Notes: a model not told the origin generated them from the sequence alone. Shown: positions 40,392-53,924, numbered from the stretch's first letter. The stretch is DNA of 64,000 bases from Octopus vulgaris (GCA_951406725.2 OX597826.1:51832001-51896000), one strand, 5' to 3'. A program made the numbers and translations.

Positions 40392-40709
40392 ATTGGTAAT
40401 ATGATGTACCTCAACTTGAAACCAAATAATGCCCAATTGGCAAAAGGCATAATAGCCTTCTTGGAAAATTACGATACAGTACATACGTTTAGTCTCATTT
40501 CACAAGAGGAACTAATTGGCGATGGTTTTACTAGTGAAATAACCAAACTGATTCAGGCACACAAATGGATATTAGAAGAAAGTATAAAAATCTCGGAAAC
40601 TGATACGGACGAAATAATTAATGTTAAGCTTCGTCAATTACGCGACAACAAGGCCCGTATCAATATACTTCATTGTAGCAATAATTTAATTACCAGAATC
40701 TTTAAACAG
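40392..40709 (+). CDS. Internal coding exon (106 codons, phase 0-0) of a probable NMDA-type ionotropic glutamate receptor subunit, amino-terminal (ANF_receptor/PBP type 1) domain
   Basis: Acceptor TTTTTCAG| (AG at 40390-40391) after a T-rich tract; donor CAG|GTTGGT at 40710. The frame is open: IGNMMYLNLKPNNAQLAKGIIAFLENYDTVHTFSLISQEE...KWILEESIKI...KLRQLRDNKARINILHCSNNLITRIFKQ. By eye it aligns with the GluN2-type ATD pattern (..YDWHVFSLVT..W..VILLYCS..). Other ANF_receptor-domain proteins (other iGluRs, receptor guanylyl cyclases, class C GPCRs) are not excluded. Confidence 0.72.
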
Positions 40710-40909
40710 GTTGGTTTCTATTTTATTTTAATTTCGTCAATTGACAATATTTGTCTAATTATTTACATATCATTTCTTTTCTCATTAAATTTTCAGCCCG
40801 TACATCTATAGGACTTATTCAAATTAATTACTAATGTAAACTATTATCCCATCTTTTCACGTGTATCATTATATTTCAGAATTTTTATAAATATGTGTGT
40901 ATGTGTGTG

Positions 40910-40953
<44 letters not shown>

Positions 40954-40993
40954 TATAAATATATATACTCATATACTCATGTGTATATATAAT

Positions 40994-41048
<55 letters not shown>

Positions 41049-41238
41049 ATGTGTGTGTGTGTGTGTGAGTGGGTGTGTGTGTGTGTAGGGGAGAATTCAC
41101 AAAAAAAAACAAAAGACGAAGACAACAAACAGATGTATTAGTTTAATGCTTGGGAAGTGAAAAAGTCTTTAACGTTTCGAGCCTACGCTCTTCCACAGAA
41201 TGGAACACAGAAAGAAACAAGGAGAGAAAATAAATAAA

Positions 41239-41295
<57 letters not shown>

Positions 41296-41297
<2 letters not shown>

Positions 41298-41697
41298 GGG
41301 ACAAGAACAAAAAAAAAACAGGTAGACGATACAAAGAAAGCAAGGACGGGTTATTCGAAGTTTTCTTTCTTCCATCAAGCACCAGAATATCATCGCAATT
41401 TCGGCTAATTATTCTTGAGATTGCATCAATCTGGCCAGGCCCAGGGAAACACTAAGCTAAGTGCATTGGATTCTTTGGAAGGAAGCAGTGAATGTGTACC
41501 AAAGCAAGAACGGAAAAAACGGACAGTGTTACACAAATATAAATACAATAAAAATAATATCAGGACATAACAACAGGTGTCTTTCGACTAAGGACGAATT
41601 GAATTAAGCTGGCGAGTGTGGAAATGAAGCGTTACGGCAGAGATACAAAAATTTCACAAACACTGGTAAGAATATCGATGTTGTACGGGCAACGGTC
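41296..41697 (-). mobile_element. Interspersed repeat; homologous copy in the opposite orientation at 47088-47325
   Basis: The reverse complement GTATTTATATT..CTGTCCGTTTTT...GCTTAGT...CTGGCC...AGCCGAAATT...CTTCGA..ACCCGTC aligns with 47088-47325. Confidence 0.7.
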
Positions 41698-41722
41698 ATG
41701 CCATATATATATATATACATAC

Positions 41723-42285
41723 CCTTTTATTTGTTTCAATCATTTGATTGCGGCCGTGCTGGAGCACCACCTTTAATCGAACTATTCTTTGTAAGCCTAT
41801 TACTTATTCTATCGAACAGATTTGCTGAACAGCTAAGTTACGGGTACTTAAACACACCAACATCGGTTGTGAAGCGACGGTGGACAAACACAGGCACACA
41901 AATATATACATGCAGATATATATTCTTTTATTCTTTTACATATTTCAGTCATATTACTGTGACTATGCTGGAGCACCACCTTTATTCGAGCAAATCGACC
42001 CCAGGACTTAGTCTTTGTAACCCTAGTACTCATTCTATCGGGCCCTTTTGCCGAAATGCTAAGTTATAGGGACGTAAACATACCAACAACGGTTGTCAAG
42101 CGATGTTGGGGGGACCAACAGAGACACACAATGATTTACACGCACATACATATATATGATGGGCTTCTTTTAGTTTCCGTCTACCGAGGCTTCAATAGAA
42201 GACACTTACCCAAGGTTCCACGCAGTGGGACTGAACCCGAAACCATGTGGTTGGTTAGCAAGCTACTTACCACATAGCCACTCCT
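41723..42285 (-). mobile_element. Two adjacent SINE family B copies (3' half at ~41723-41905; longer copy at ~41922-42285)
   Basis: Reverse complement of the 19131 family; the tRNA head ends at 42285. Confidence 0.85.
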
Positions 42286-42355
42286 AAATAATACATATGT
42301 ATATATATATGTATGTAAAATTATGTATATGCACATACTTACACCTATACGTATA

Positions 42356-42448
<93 letters not shown>

Positions 42449-42459
42449 TCATATGTGGG

Positions 42460-42680
42460 CACAGTACGTCACGAAACATATATAACAAAAAAGTACGAAG
42501 CACGAGTACATGCAACATGAACTATTCTTTCGAACAACGAAGGACACAAATGGAAAACAAAACAAACAACATAAAGAATGACCATTCATCAGCTATTGGC
42601 TGTTTTTCTAGTCTTGTATTTGGAGCATTTAACAAACAATATACGCTTTTGATAATGCAGTTGCTCCCGCAACAAGTTGC
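42460..42680 (-). mobile_element. Interspersed repeat; homologous copy on the + strand at ~54830-55020
   Basis: Shared AACTGC...ATATTGT..GTT.AATGCTC...CAGCC..TA.CTGATGAA.GGTCATT.TTTATGTT...TCCATTTGT. Confidence 0.7.
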
Positions 42681-42829
42681 ATTTGTGTGTGTGTATGTGT
42701 GCGCGCGTGTGTGTGTGTGTGTTTGATTTTGTCGACTATACAGTATAGTAAGGCCAGTTTGGCATCGTCTGTGAAAAAAACAGAACGATGGCGCAATTTA
42801 CTCGACTGGAAATTTGGAAACGATATGAT

Positions 42830-43265
42830 GCACTGCTTGGCACCATGTCACATGTCACAAGCAGGAGAACCCAGTCATGGCTGTCAGACAACTTCTGCGA
42901 CCACGTCACCCCTAACTCCTGGCTACCTGACTCCCCAGATTTCAACCCCATTTGATTACTATGCGTGGGGCACAGTTCAGCGAGAGCCCAACAAAACTCC
43001 TTGTGACACCAAAGATGAACTGATGTCAAGGATTATGGCAGTATTCACCAACTTAAAAAGGAGACTATCCAGAAGAGTTGCTGAATATTCCAAAGTCATC
43101 TGGAGGCATTGTTTTGAGCCAATGGCGATTTTATTAAATAAATTTTCTATTTAGTATTTCAATATATTTTTATGTATGGTTGATAAATATATCTGTTAAA
43201 ATGAGCAGCCAGTGTTATTTTAATTTTTGTGTAATTTAGACGTTAGTATATTCTCCGCATCCTGT
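42830..43265 (+). mobile_element. Tc1/mariner-superfamily transposon remnant (transposase C-terminus and right end)
   Basis: Frameshifted translation APCH...QSWLSDNFCDHVTPNSWLPDSPDFNP/FDYYAWGTVQREPNKTPCDTKDELMSRI matches the WPPxSPDLNPxDY signature of the D,D,D-type subgroup. Confidence 0.82.
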
Positions 43266-43271
43266 GTGTTT

Positions 43272-43437
<166 letters not shown>

Positions 43438-45683
43438 TGTGTGTGTGTATTATATATAATCCTCCTCTCTAATAGCTGAATGATATACGTATAATTGTAA
43501 GAGACGATACCATTTAAAGTTGTATTGATACATGAGTTAATATACACTATGCTGCAATTTAATACATTGATTTTACTGTCTTTTAACAAACTGCATTGTT
43601 TCTCTTTTTTATTGAGCTTAACAGTGTTACAATAACCAATTGCTCATATTTATAAATTTTATGGCAATTTAACGGTCTGTTTCAGACCAAGAACATCATG
43701 ATACGTTTTGCTCCATTACCTCTATGTAACATTTTTTCTTCTCTTTTTATTCCACCGAGAGAAAATATCTTTATTTCTTCTAATAAACTATTAGCATAAT
43801 CATTATAGTGCTCATTTTCTCATAATAGTAATCATTCTCACCTTGTCACTCCTACCCTTTATTATCGCCCTCACCTTTGTCATCATCATCGTTATCATCG
43901 CCGTCATTGTTGTGAAAATGCAATGAACTTTGTGTATGCATGTTTGTGTTGTTTGCGTATACATGTTTATACGAAAATATACATGCTGTTCATGTATGTA
44001 TTATTTTATACGTAACAATTTTGCCTAGCTTTTCATTACCAAACTGCATCATGTCATTGCCGTTAACTCATTCTCAACTCGCTGGCGAAAATTATTATTT
44101 GTCTACCGCATCTGTCAAAGACGTTGAATAAAGCGTTATTTCCAATACAGCAATTCAGTTATCCTTACAAACGCTCGTCGGTCTGAAATTATCAGTTCTG
44201 TCCTCTGGTATATACATTTCAGTCATCGACTTCTTTTCGTCATCATTATCATTATCATAATCTTCATCCTGTCGTCTGTTATCGTTCGCAAACTGAATTT
44301 ATTGGGGGTGTATATTCTGTATCTCGCCAGTACCGCCATCCTCACGAAGCCCATTGTGAAACTGTGTAAGTTCAGCAATTCAAGACACCGTTATAAAAAA
44401 TATGCAAGCTTCCGTCTACCAACTCATATGAGAAACTTCATGCTTAATATTAGTGTCATTTATAAAAGTATTCGTTATTGCCCAGCTATATGGACCATGT
44501 TGGCCATATGTCTTGAAGAATTTGGGCGAAATTATTCCTTTAGGAACAGCAATACTTTACCATGAACATTTTATAACCGAACTCTCTGCTTAGGAACTCT
44601 ATTCTTTTCCTGTCTCTTGGTCAGGAATCTTCTTGTCAGCACCAACACATCGTGTGTCAGTATTACCCACACTGAACATCATTTATGTAACCTACCCTCT
44701 TCCTTCAGTGCATAGAAGATCTTTCATAGCAGTGACTTGAATTGCGATCTCACATCCTCAACAAAGTAAAGCCAGCGTCCAAAAGCCTGGCTTTCAACTT
44801 TAGAATCTAAAAATATTTCAAATCCTGGCAATTAAAAAATTTGTCTTAAAAATTCGAAGGTGTCCTATTTTTGCTGCTACTATACATGCAAATTCCTCTG
44901 ATTGTATCTAAAATTAGAGCCTTCCACTCTCCAACTCACTGGTATAGAGTTGCTTCTAGACCATAGACAATTGCGTTTCTATCGCTTTTGTAACGGCTTT
45001 AGCATCTCAAAGCCGCTGTATGTCGTGTTATCTTAACACATACCGACTTAGAGGTCTCTTTTCTCATCTTCATGTTTTCCCTGTTGTGAGTAATCTTTAG
45101 CCTCACACTTATTAAAATGCACAAGCGTTCTCTCCACAACTCTTCTTCGTGACTCTCTCTTTTCATAGTTCTTTTCTGCAGTAGTTGATCTGTATTTTTT
45201 CTTTATAAATACCTTAACACGCAATGATTTCACCAGCTGTAGAAAGCTTGAGAAGCCTTGACCAGAGCCCGTCCCATCAGACCAAAACGTAAGAATATAT
45301 CTGATCTGTAATATAGTGTGATGAATATGGATGATACAAAGATAAACGCTCGGCAATGATGAGGCGGCGTTTAGCTTCCCATTCTTACTTGATGTTTTTT
45401 CACAATTTATATCACTAGTGTTTTGTTAAGGTATAAGCAATACTCTGGATTGTTTGGCTGTACTACACAGTGTTTATGTAAGGACTATTCATTTAAATCT
45501 TTTAATGAAAAATTTAACATCTCATTAAAATTTACACTGATTGTTTATTCGATAATTCGACAATGTATCAAATATCTTACAAATGTTTTTCTTGCATAGC
45601 TTAATCAAATTTCATTTTAAATTAAAACGATGTATAATGACATTGCATATATACAGCTGCTCACGTACAAACTCAAACGCATA

Positions 45684-45728
<45 letters not shown>

Positions 45729-47087
45729 GTGTGAGTATGTTAGAAATTTCAGACACACTTTGTGTTCTGTATGCAACAGACATGTAATTATTCGCAATAT
45801 TGATGTATAACCAAGATAATTTCTCTGCAGTGTTCTTTTACGTAGCTCGCTGCAAGTAATATGAAATGTAATAAGTTAGATACTGAAGCTCCGAATTTAT
45901 TCATTATTAAACCGGAGCAAAATAGAATAATTAGATATTAACTTTCAAAGATTTCAAACATTCCTAATTTGCAACAGAATCGTTAAAGTTTATATCGTAG
46001 ACAGCAGAATTACATACCTAGGTAACATAAAATATATATCCGAAGGAAGCGAATTTCTATATACTAATATCCACTTTCAGTGGTCTCCAAACACGATTTA
46101 ATACAAAGACCATTGTGTACATAAGATTTTATGTCTAGCGACTTACTGAAATCACTGTATCATTCTACCGGTTTTTATGCGAATGTGATAATTAACAGTG
46201 AATATACAACTTTCGAAACTTAAATTATAGACCTCCAATGTTGCAGGTTTGTGGCCGAGACGCACCCGATGGCTGGCTTCATCTAGCTCTAAATAGTTGT
46301 CGATATATTACACAAAAAGGGAAGGAAATTGAGAGCTGTTTTTCTATTTTGCATTGTTAAGCTCAGTTGTTCTTGTAGACATAGAATTAAGTAATTTTCT
46401 ACTGTACCAGTCTAGTGTTTCATTGAATCCACGTGCGAAGAATGAGTTTTCAACAGCACCCTAATGCATTTCTCGATTATTGTGGTGATGGTGATAAGTA
46501 ATATGTTAAGTAAATGGTTGGATTTTGTTTGAATGTAGTATAAGGAGTTGTCATAGATCCTCACCATGTTTATTAAAAGACAGAATTTTGTATTTTGAAA
46601 CTGATAATCAATACCTTGTGTATATGAACGGCGTGCTGGCAGAATGTAGACCAACATCACTTCGCTACCAATAAGGGATACATAAAAATATCCAAACACA
46701 CCTTCCATAGAACGAACGAGCGTAGTTACAATATTAGAAAATTATGATCGACTACTTGCATACCAAGGATATATTGGTTCACATATACATAGCATAAAGA
46801 TATAAGCCCTGTCATTTTGAGGAATGGATTAGCTGATTAAAATAATGCTGCTACTTGATTGCTACTTCATTTTGACGACTTTGGACAAAGTTAACTTCGG
46901 TAGGATTTGAACTCAAAATGTAAAGCGACAGAACGATGTATTAGGTTCAGTACTCAACGATTCTGCCATTGTATCACACCGTTTGATGTCTAAAATTAAG
47001 TAGATTTTTTAGTGTTTCTATTTAATTACCCTGTAAAGGATATATATTACCATTCTTGTTTTTATTTTTATTTTTGTTTTCGTTTTT

Positions 47088-47325
47088 TGTATTTATATTC
47101 GTGTGGCTCTGTCCGTTTTTCTGTCCTTGTTGCGTTTACATTCGTTCCTTTTTCCGAGAAATCTAATGCTCACAGCTTAGTTTTTCCTTAGGGCTGGCCG
47201 CGTTGGAGCAAATATCAGAATTAATCAGCCGAAATTTGCTATGATGATCCGGTTTCTGACTGAAGATTAAAGGCTTCGACTGACCCGTCTGTTTTCTGTG
47301 TTCGTCCCTTTGTGTATTTCACGTT
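47088..47325 (+). mobile_element. Interspersed repeat, same family as 41296-41697
   Basis: See 41296-41697. Confidence 0.7.
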
Positions 47326-47327
47326 CT

Positions 47328-47359
<32 letters not shown>

Positions 47360-50193
47360 ACTTATATTTGGTATAACTGGTAAAATACATTAGTTATTTT
47401 ACGGTCAGTCCTATAATCTTAAACATGTTACATATTCAGTCATATTGAATAACACAAAATAATATATGATATAATTGTAGTTTTATTCTGTTCTTTCATA
47501 TATTCTGCATAAAAGACTTGTTGTGATTGGTATTAGATGAAATTAATTTTTCTCTCAATTCACATAGTGTTCTTAGTCGATGCTTAACCCCTGATCTATT
47601 TGCATTCAAAGATAAAAGACAAATCCGTTGTTTCATCTATTGCTACAGACATGTGATTATAAAGCTTGCTCTTTTTTTTATATAGAGAAACAAAAACGTC
47701 TATTAAATCGATACCAGTATGTTATTAGAACTTACATTATTAATCCTCGGGTCATTTGTTAGGTTAATTCCTTATTGTGTTAGGGCATTAAAGATATAAG
47801 TTAAGCGGTAAGGCTTTGAAATGTAATCGGAAAGCGAGAAGCTGGCTCATTTATCCAGAAGCTGTTCTAGAGCGATCAGCAAACATTGAGTATTATATGT
47901 ACATAAACGACCCACCGAAATACTGAAAGCAGAGGTTCACTTTATATATTTCCAACAGCATTCGATTGTCTTTTCTTTCAATGTTCTTCAAATTCAATTG
48001 ATCGTGTCTCGTTAATTTAAAACCCCTTAAACAATTTTGTTTGGCCATATGTTTTCTTTTCATAGCATTCATAACATCTTTTCCTTTCAGATGAAACACT
48101 ATTTTTCATTATCTGTTATACAAAGCTTCTCTTTATGTTCTTTTGCATATCAATCATTCTTGTGGAATAATTGATATTTTTTTCTCTCTGCGTTTTCAAT
48201 CGTTGTCATATTGCTGTAAGCAATTCGACTCGATCCTCTATCTAATAAAACGAATTTTCTAAACATCTGCTTCTCAATTTTATGTGTCAGCTTCGCTAAT
48301 GTATCACTGTAACAAATAATGTTCAACAATGTCAGTTCACTATGCTCTCACTAACGTTTTAATAAATACATTCAGCAGCGTTTTATAAAATTGTTTCTTT
48401 ATTGTCGTGGTTTATCGTATTCACATTAGCTTTATTTTACATCTCGTTATTTCATATAATTAGGATTCGATGCACAAGAGCCTCGCTTCCGTCATCACTT
48501 GAATATTTATTCATCATAATATTTTATTTGATGGCAGTCTTTATGAATTCCATTATCCATTTTATCATAATATTGCCAATTTATCTTGATGTCATCTACG
48601 TCTATGACTATTATGATTATTCCTGTCAGTGTTGCTTCTATTGATACGGCACTTGTTAGATAGTTTACACTGTAATCATATGTTTGGTGCACACCAGGCA
48701 AATGATTATAATAGAAGAAGCTCATGGGTAACTGAATCCAGGAAATATATCGATTACCGATTGAAACCATTTAATACTATTTGTTCTATAAATACGCTTC
48801 TTTTCTAGATTAAGGGGAATAGGTTCCTTTACATGGAATGATTCATTTCCTTTGCAACATACCAGATGTTGCACAACAGTCAGATTTATGAAAATATATA
48901 GAGTGGGCAAATAATTGCGGATATGCTTTTAGCAAATTTCGGCTCAAACCAACAGTTCCATGTTAAAAAACAAATATTTGAGAATTGCGTGAATATCACA
49001 TAATTTTGGTAGATTCTTTTATACATATCTGTACATTGTAACGTAAGCTTCATTCAAAACCAATCGTAAGATGAACGACACTAAAATCACTCAGCCATGA
49101 AACAACTTTTACAAAAGAACCAGTCTTTGTATGATTCAGTTAAAACCATTCACAAACATCTTTAAATTTCTCTTACAACAATAGCAAATACACTACCATA
49201 AAGTACAAGAAATTTAATAAGATTAACGAAAAACAAAACAAAATAAACTGAATTATCAAAAAGCAAAAAACAAACACATACAGCCATTTAATAAATGATA
49301 ACAAATAACGAGATAGGAAAATATCTAATCAGCAAATGCGGAACGCAAACCATTCAATTAACAAACACAGTAAACCATACAAGCCAGTGATTACGAACAT
49401 ACCACCAAAACCGAGTTGTAGAAATTCTCCTATGAAGATCGCAACGACGTGAAATTCAAGACGCAAATGCATAAATACATAGTACCACGCATATACCCAC
49501 ATACGTATATATATATATATATAAACAATATATTAAAAAGAGAGATACAATTGACAATCTAATATAGTATAACATAATATTTTATAAATATGATATAAGA
49601 TAACATGTTTAAAATATCATTAAAAACCAAAGTAGTCAACAATTTGTTTCGACATATAATACATATTTTGACATATAAATAATTCAGTTCACTTACATAA
49701 ATCCCATGAGAGCCAAGGTTTAAAGATAGACGAAATCCCGTTTGAAAGGACGGCTGGATTGTTAAAAAATTAAATCAAATGCCAATGTGTTGTGAACGTG
49801 AGCATTAACTTTTCAATTACATAGCAATTACAATTAAAAGACAACAAAGTTATAACGGCCAAAATAATTAAGCAAATAGAAACTACAACTATCGCAATAT
49901 GTTTCTATATATCTCAACTAATATCAATCCAAACACGTTTAGGTCGAAGACAATATTTCGCTATTATAATAACATACAACAATAATATATAGGTATATAA
50001 ATTAAATATCAGAGTCTTATTTAATCTAGAAACTTTAATAAAACGTGTAAAAAAATATATATGATAATTAAATTGGTAATATATAAGAACTCTTCTATTT
50101 ATGCAAAGTAATTGTTATAAAAAAGATTGTTTATAAAAATGTTGTGTTTATTTAGTTTATCTATGGGGTGTGTGTGCGTGCGTGTATATATAC

Positions 50194-50302
<109 letters not shown>

Positions 50303-50990
50303 CGTATATAGACATACATAGTATATGTCTGTTTTATTGTACGGTACGTGTTTCAATAAACGCAACTTTTTATTAGTTATTTGAGTATTTTAAAATACAA
50401 AAATGTAAAAACACTCTAACATACATAATATTTATTAGACTTGATAAAATAACATGAATATACATAACCCCTATTTATTCTCTCTCTCTATCTCTTACAC
50501 ACACAAATACACAAACAGACACACAGCTATATAAAGAGTTTTATTTGTATTTAATGTTTTGTTTTCTGTTACCTAATTTTTTTAAAGTCGTAATTTTTTA
50601 AAATTTATCTAGTGAAGAGGTTTCTAGAGGTTATATGACCAGGTTCGTCATACGGTGTGCAAAGAAATAATTACTCCTCCTAGTCTTGAAGCCGGTGTTG
50701 ATACTACTACTACTACTACTACTAGTAGTAGTAGTAGTAGTAACAGTAGTAGCAGTAACGTCATTATTGCTTTTGTTGTTGTTCTTCTTACTGTCCTTGT
50801 TTATCAGTCAAGTACTAGTTGCAATGATCTCACTGAAAGCCTAGCCTCAAAGTTATTTTTATTATTATCATTGTTGCTGTTGTTATTAAGGCGGCGAGCA
50901 GGAATTGATTTCAAATGGGAAAGTAAGATAAAAATATATATGATTTGACCAGGAATAACTTGATACCTGAATCTGCCTACCTCGTAGATG

Positions 50991-50991
<1 letters not shown>

Positions 50992-51068
<77 letters not shown>

Positions 51069-51113
51069 GTGTATATATATACATATGTATATATATATGT
51101 ACGTATGTATATA

Positions 51114-51160
<47 letters not shown>

Positions 51161-51184
51161 ATATATATATGTATGTATGTATGT

Positions 51185-51264
<80 letters not shown>

Positions 51265-51292
51265 AATTTACACATATATATATATATATATA
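50992..51292. repeat. Compound (TA)n/(TACA)n/(TATG)n microsatellite
   Basis: Seen directly. Confidence 0.95.
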
Positions 51293-51852
51293 AAGTTAAG
51301 AATGTGTGTCTATCTGTGCGTCTGTATATGTGCATCACTAAAACTCGAGAACTACACAACGGATTTCATTCACATTTTACACATGTCCTACTTAGGGCCT
51401 ATGCTGTGTCATTGGCCCAAAAATATTTTTCTTGACTAATGTGAGCCCGGAGCAATCTCTTACTTCTTACACTATTTCTGTATAACGTGTCAAAAGTGAA
51501 CCAATAACATCACTATAAATACTTTCACAATTATATGGTTTCAATTTCAAGTAATTTCATTATGTATCCATATATATTAATTCAATTTCTATTACTTTCA
51601 ATATGCATTTATGGATATGATTGTATATGTATGTATGGTGGTGCCCCAGCATGGCCACAGCTCGTAAGCTGAAACTAGATAAAAAAAATATATATGTATA
51701 TATATATATATATATATATACATATATATATGTATATATATATATTTATTTATATTGATATTTTTGCATATAAGCATATACATACATGTATGTATATAAT
51801 TATATATATATAAATGTGCATATATATATATATATGTGTGTATATATAGGTA

Positions 51853-52098
51853 TAAACTAAAAGAAGCCTGTCGTATATATGTATATATATATATGTGTGT
51901 GTTTGTCCGCCTAGCATTGCTTGACAACCGATGCTGGTGTGATTACGTCCCCGTCACCTAGCGGTTCGGCAAAAAAGACCGATAGAATAAGTACTGGGCT
52001 TACAAAGAATAAGTCCCGGGGTCGATTTGCTCGACTAAAGGCGGTGCTCCAGCATGGCCGCAGTCAAATGACTGAAACAAGTAAAAGAGTAAAAGAGT
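51853..52098 (+). mobile_element. SINE family B, 3' half
   Basis: GCTTGACAACCGATGCTGGTGTG...GGCGGTGCTCCAGCATGGCCGCAGTCAAATGACTGAAACAAGTAAAAGAGTAAAAGAGT. Confidence 0.88.
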
Positions 52099-52269
52099 AT
52101 ATGCATATGTATATATGCGTATATATGTATGTATACATATGTATACATGTATATATATATGCATATATGTGTATATATATATATGTATATATACATATAT
52201 ATGTGTGTATATATGTATATATATGTATATATATGTATATGTATATATATATGTATACATATATGTGTG

Positions 52270-52303
<34 letters not shown>

Positions 52304-52490
52304 CGTATGGATGTATATATATATATGTATATATTTGTATGTATATATATGTATGCACATATGCATATAAAGATATGCAGTATGCATATCTATATGTATA
52401 TATATATATATATATACGTACATATATAAAGGCGTGCTCCAGCAGCCCAGTATATATATATATATATATATATATGCATATACATATACA

Positions 52491-52867
52491 GGCGTGGGCG
52501 TGTTGTGTGCTAAGAATCTTGCCTGCCAACCACATGGTTCCGGCTTCTGTCCCTGGGTACGTGTCTTCTACTATACCATTGAGCCGTCCAAAGCCATGTC
52601 AAAAGGTTTGGCTGAACAAAGTGTGTCCTATATATATATATATATATAGTATGTATGCGTATTTGTGTCTGTGTTCCTCCCCACCATCGTATAAAGACCA
52701 ATGCTGGTGCGTTTACGTACTCGTAACATAGCGGTTCGGTAGGAGATTCCGATAGAATAAAGACCAGGCTTACAAAGAATAAGTTCAAAGGTTGACTTCT
52801 TCAACTAAAAGGCGGTGATCCAAAATGGCCACACTCAAATGACTGAAACAAGTAACAGAGTAAAAGA
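52491..52867 (+). mobile_element. SINE family B, near full length (diverged)
   Basis: Head CCAACCACATGGTTCCGG, then GTGTCTTCTACTATA, then tail CAAATGACTGAAACAAGTAACAGAGTAAAAGA. Confidence 0.82.
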
Positions 52868-52894
52868 TTAACATATATATATATATATATATAT

Positions 52895-53150
52895 TGATAA
52901 AAATGGTAAGACAACAAAAGACCTCGATATTATGTAAATAGAGTAATTTATCTGTAAAATTAATAAGTGACAACTATTCGGTAGCCATGATAAAACTCCG
53001 AGTTTCGGATGCCGAGGTTGAAATCCACGCCGTCATATCTTCAGTTATCTGGCCAGCGGAAAAAATGCTATAAAAATGACCGGTATACAAAGGGAAATTG
53101 CTGTGTCATTGACCGTTATTAAGACAAAAGAGCTATTTGAACGACCGCTA
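52895..53150 (-). mobile_element. Hammerhead-bearing repeat (probable PLE terminal repeat); a second, diverged copy lies at 53925-54112
   Basis: GACAACAAAAG...GACC.CGATATTATG.AAATAG...ATTCGGT.GCCAT is shared with 53939-54030, and the segment contains a hammerhead core. Confidence 0.65.
52989..53049 (-). ncRNA. Type I hammerhead ribozyme motif
   Basis: Minus strand reads GAUAA-CUGAAGA-[stem II AUGACGG...UCGGCAU]-GAAA-CUC-G-GAG-UU|UUAUC. Stem I is GAUAA/UUAUC, both core boxes are intact, and the cleavage triplet is GUU. Confidence 0.65.
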
Positions 53151-53317
53151 AGTGCGGATATGGATTAAAAGTAAATGGGTAAAAAGGTTCATTGTATTCG
53201 CGTAAGTGCTCATGTCCATACCTACAAATGCGCGCCCGCTCACCCACGTACATGCGCCTAAAAGTATACACTCATCCACCCTCACTTGAAACGTACATAT
53301 TCTCACCCGCACCGTTC

Positions 53318-53368
<51 letters not shown>

Positions 53369-53372
<4 letters not shown>

Positions 53373-53728
53373 TTGGAAAGATTTTTTTCTCAAAGAGTTA
53401 AGATTGCGAAAAGAACCTTTTAGAAAGTCGAAAAGCACTAACCTTTGGGAAGAGATTTTACAAAATATGTGTGGGTTTTTGTTTTTATTGATGTGAAGGC
53501 GATTTTAGTTCTTAACGTTCGTGTTATTACATATAGTGAAAAATAACTTTCACCATATGTAATAACTCGTGCTTGAAAACGTTAAGAACTGAAAGCGCTT
53601 GCACATCTTTAAAAGCAATGCTCACACACATTTTGTGAAATCTCTTCCGAAACATTAGAGCCTTTCGACTTTCTTAAAGGTTCTTTTCTCAATCTTAAAT
53701 CTTTGAGAAAAAAAATCTCTCCAAATAT
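53369..53728. repeat. ~360-bp imperfect palindrome (foldback)
   Basis: ATTTGGAAAGATTTTTTTCTCAAAGA...GAAAAGAACCTTT..AGAAAGTCGAAA is mirrored by TTTCGACTTTCT..AAAGGTTCTTTTC...TCTTTGAGAAAAAAAATCTCTCCAAAT. The centre is GTGAAA-AATAAC-TTTCAC near 53545. Confidence 0.88.
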
Positions 53729-53763
53729 TATAACTGTATCAAGGATTTTCCAAAACACTCCAA

Positions 53764-53872
<109 letters not shown>

Positions 53873-53924
53873 TACACATATATATGTTTACACACACACA
53901 CATATATATATTTATATTTATATT

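Noticed and set aside
44300-45200. Possible old LINE fragments
   Set aside because: Too degenerate to assign by eye.
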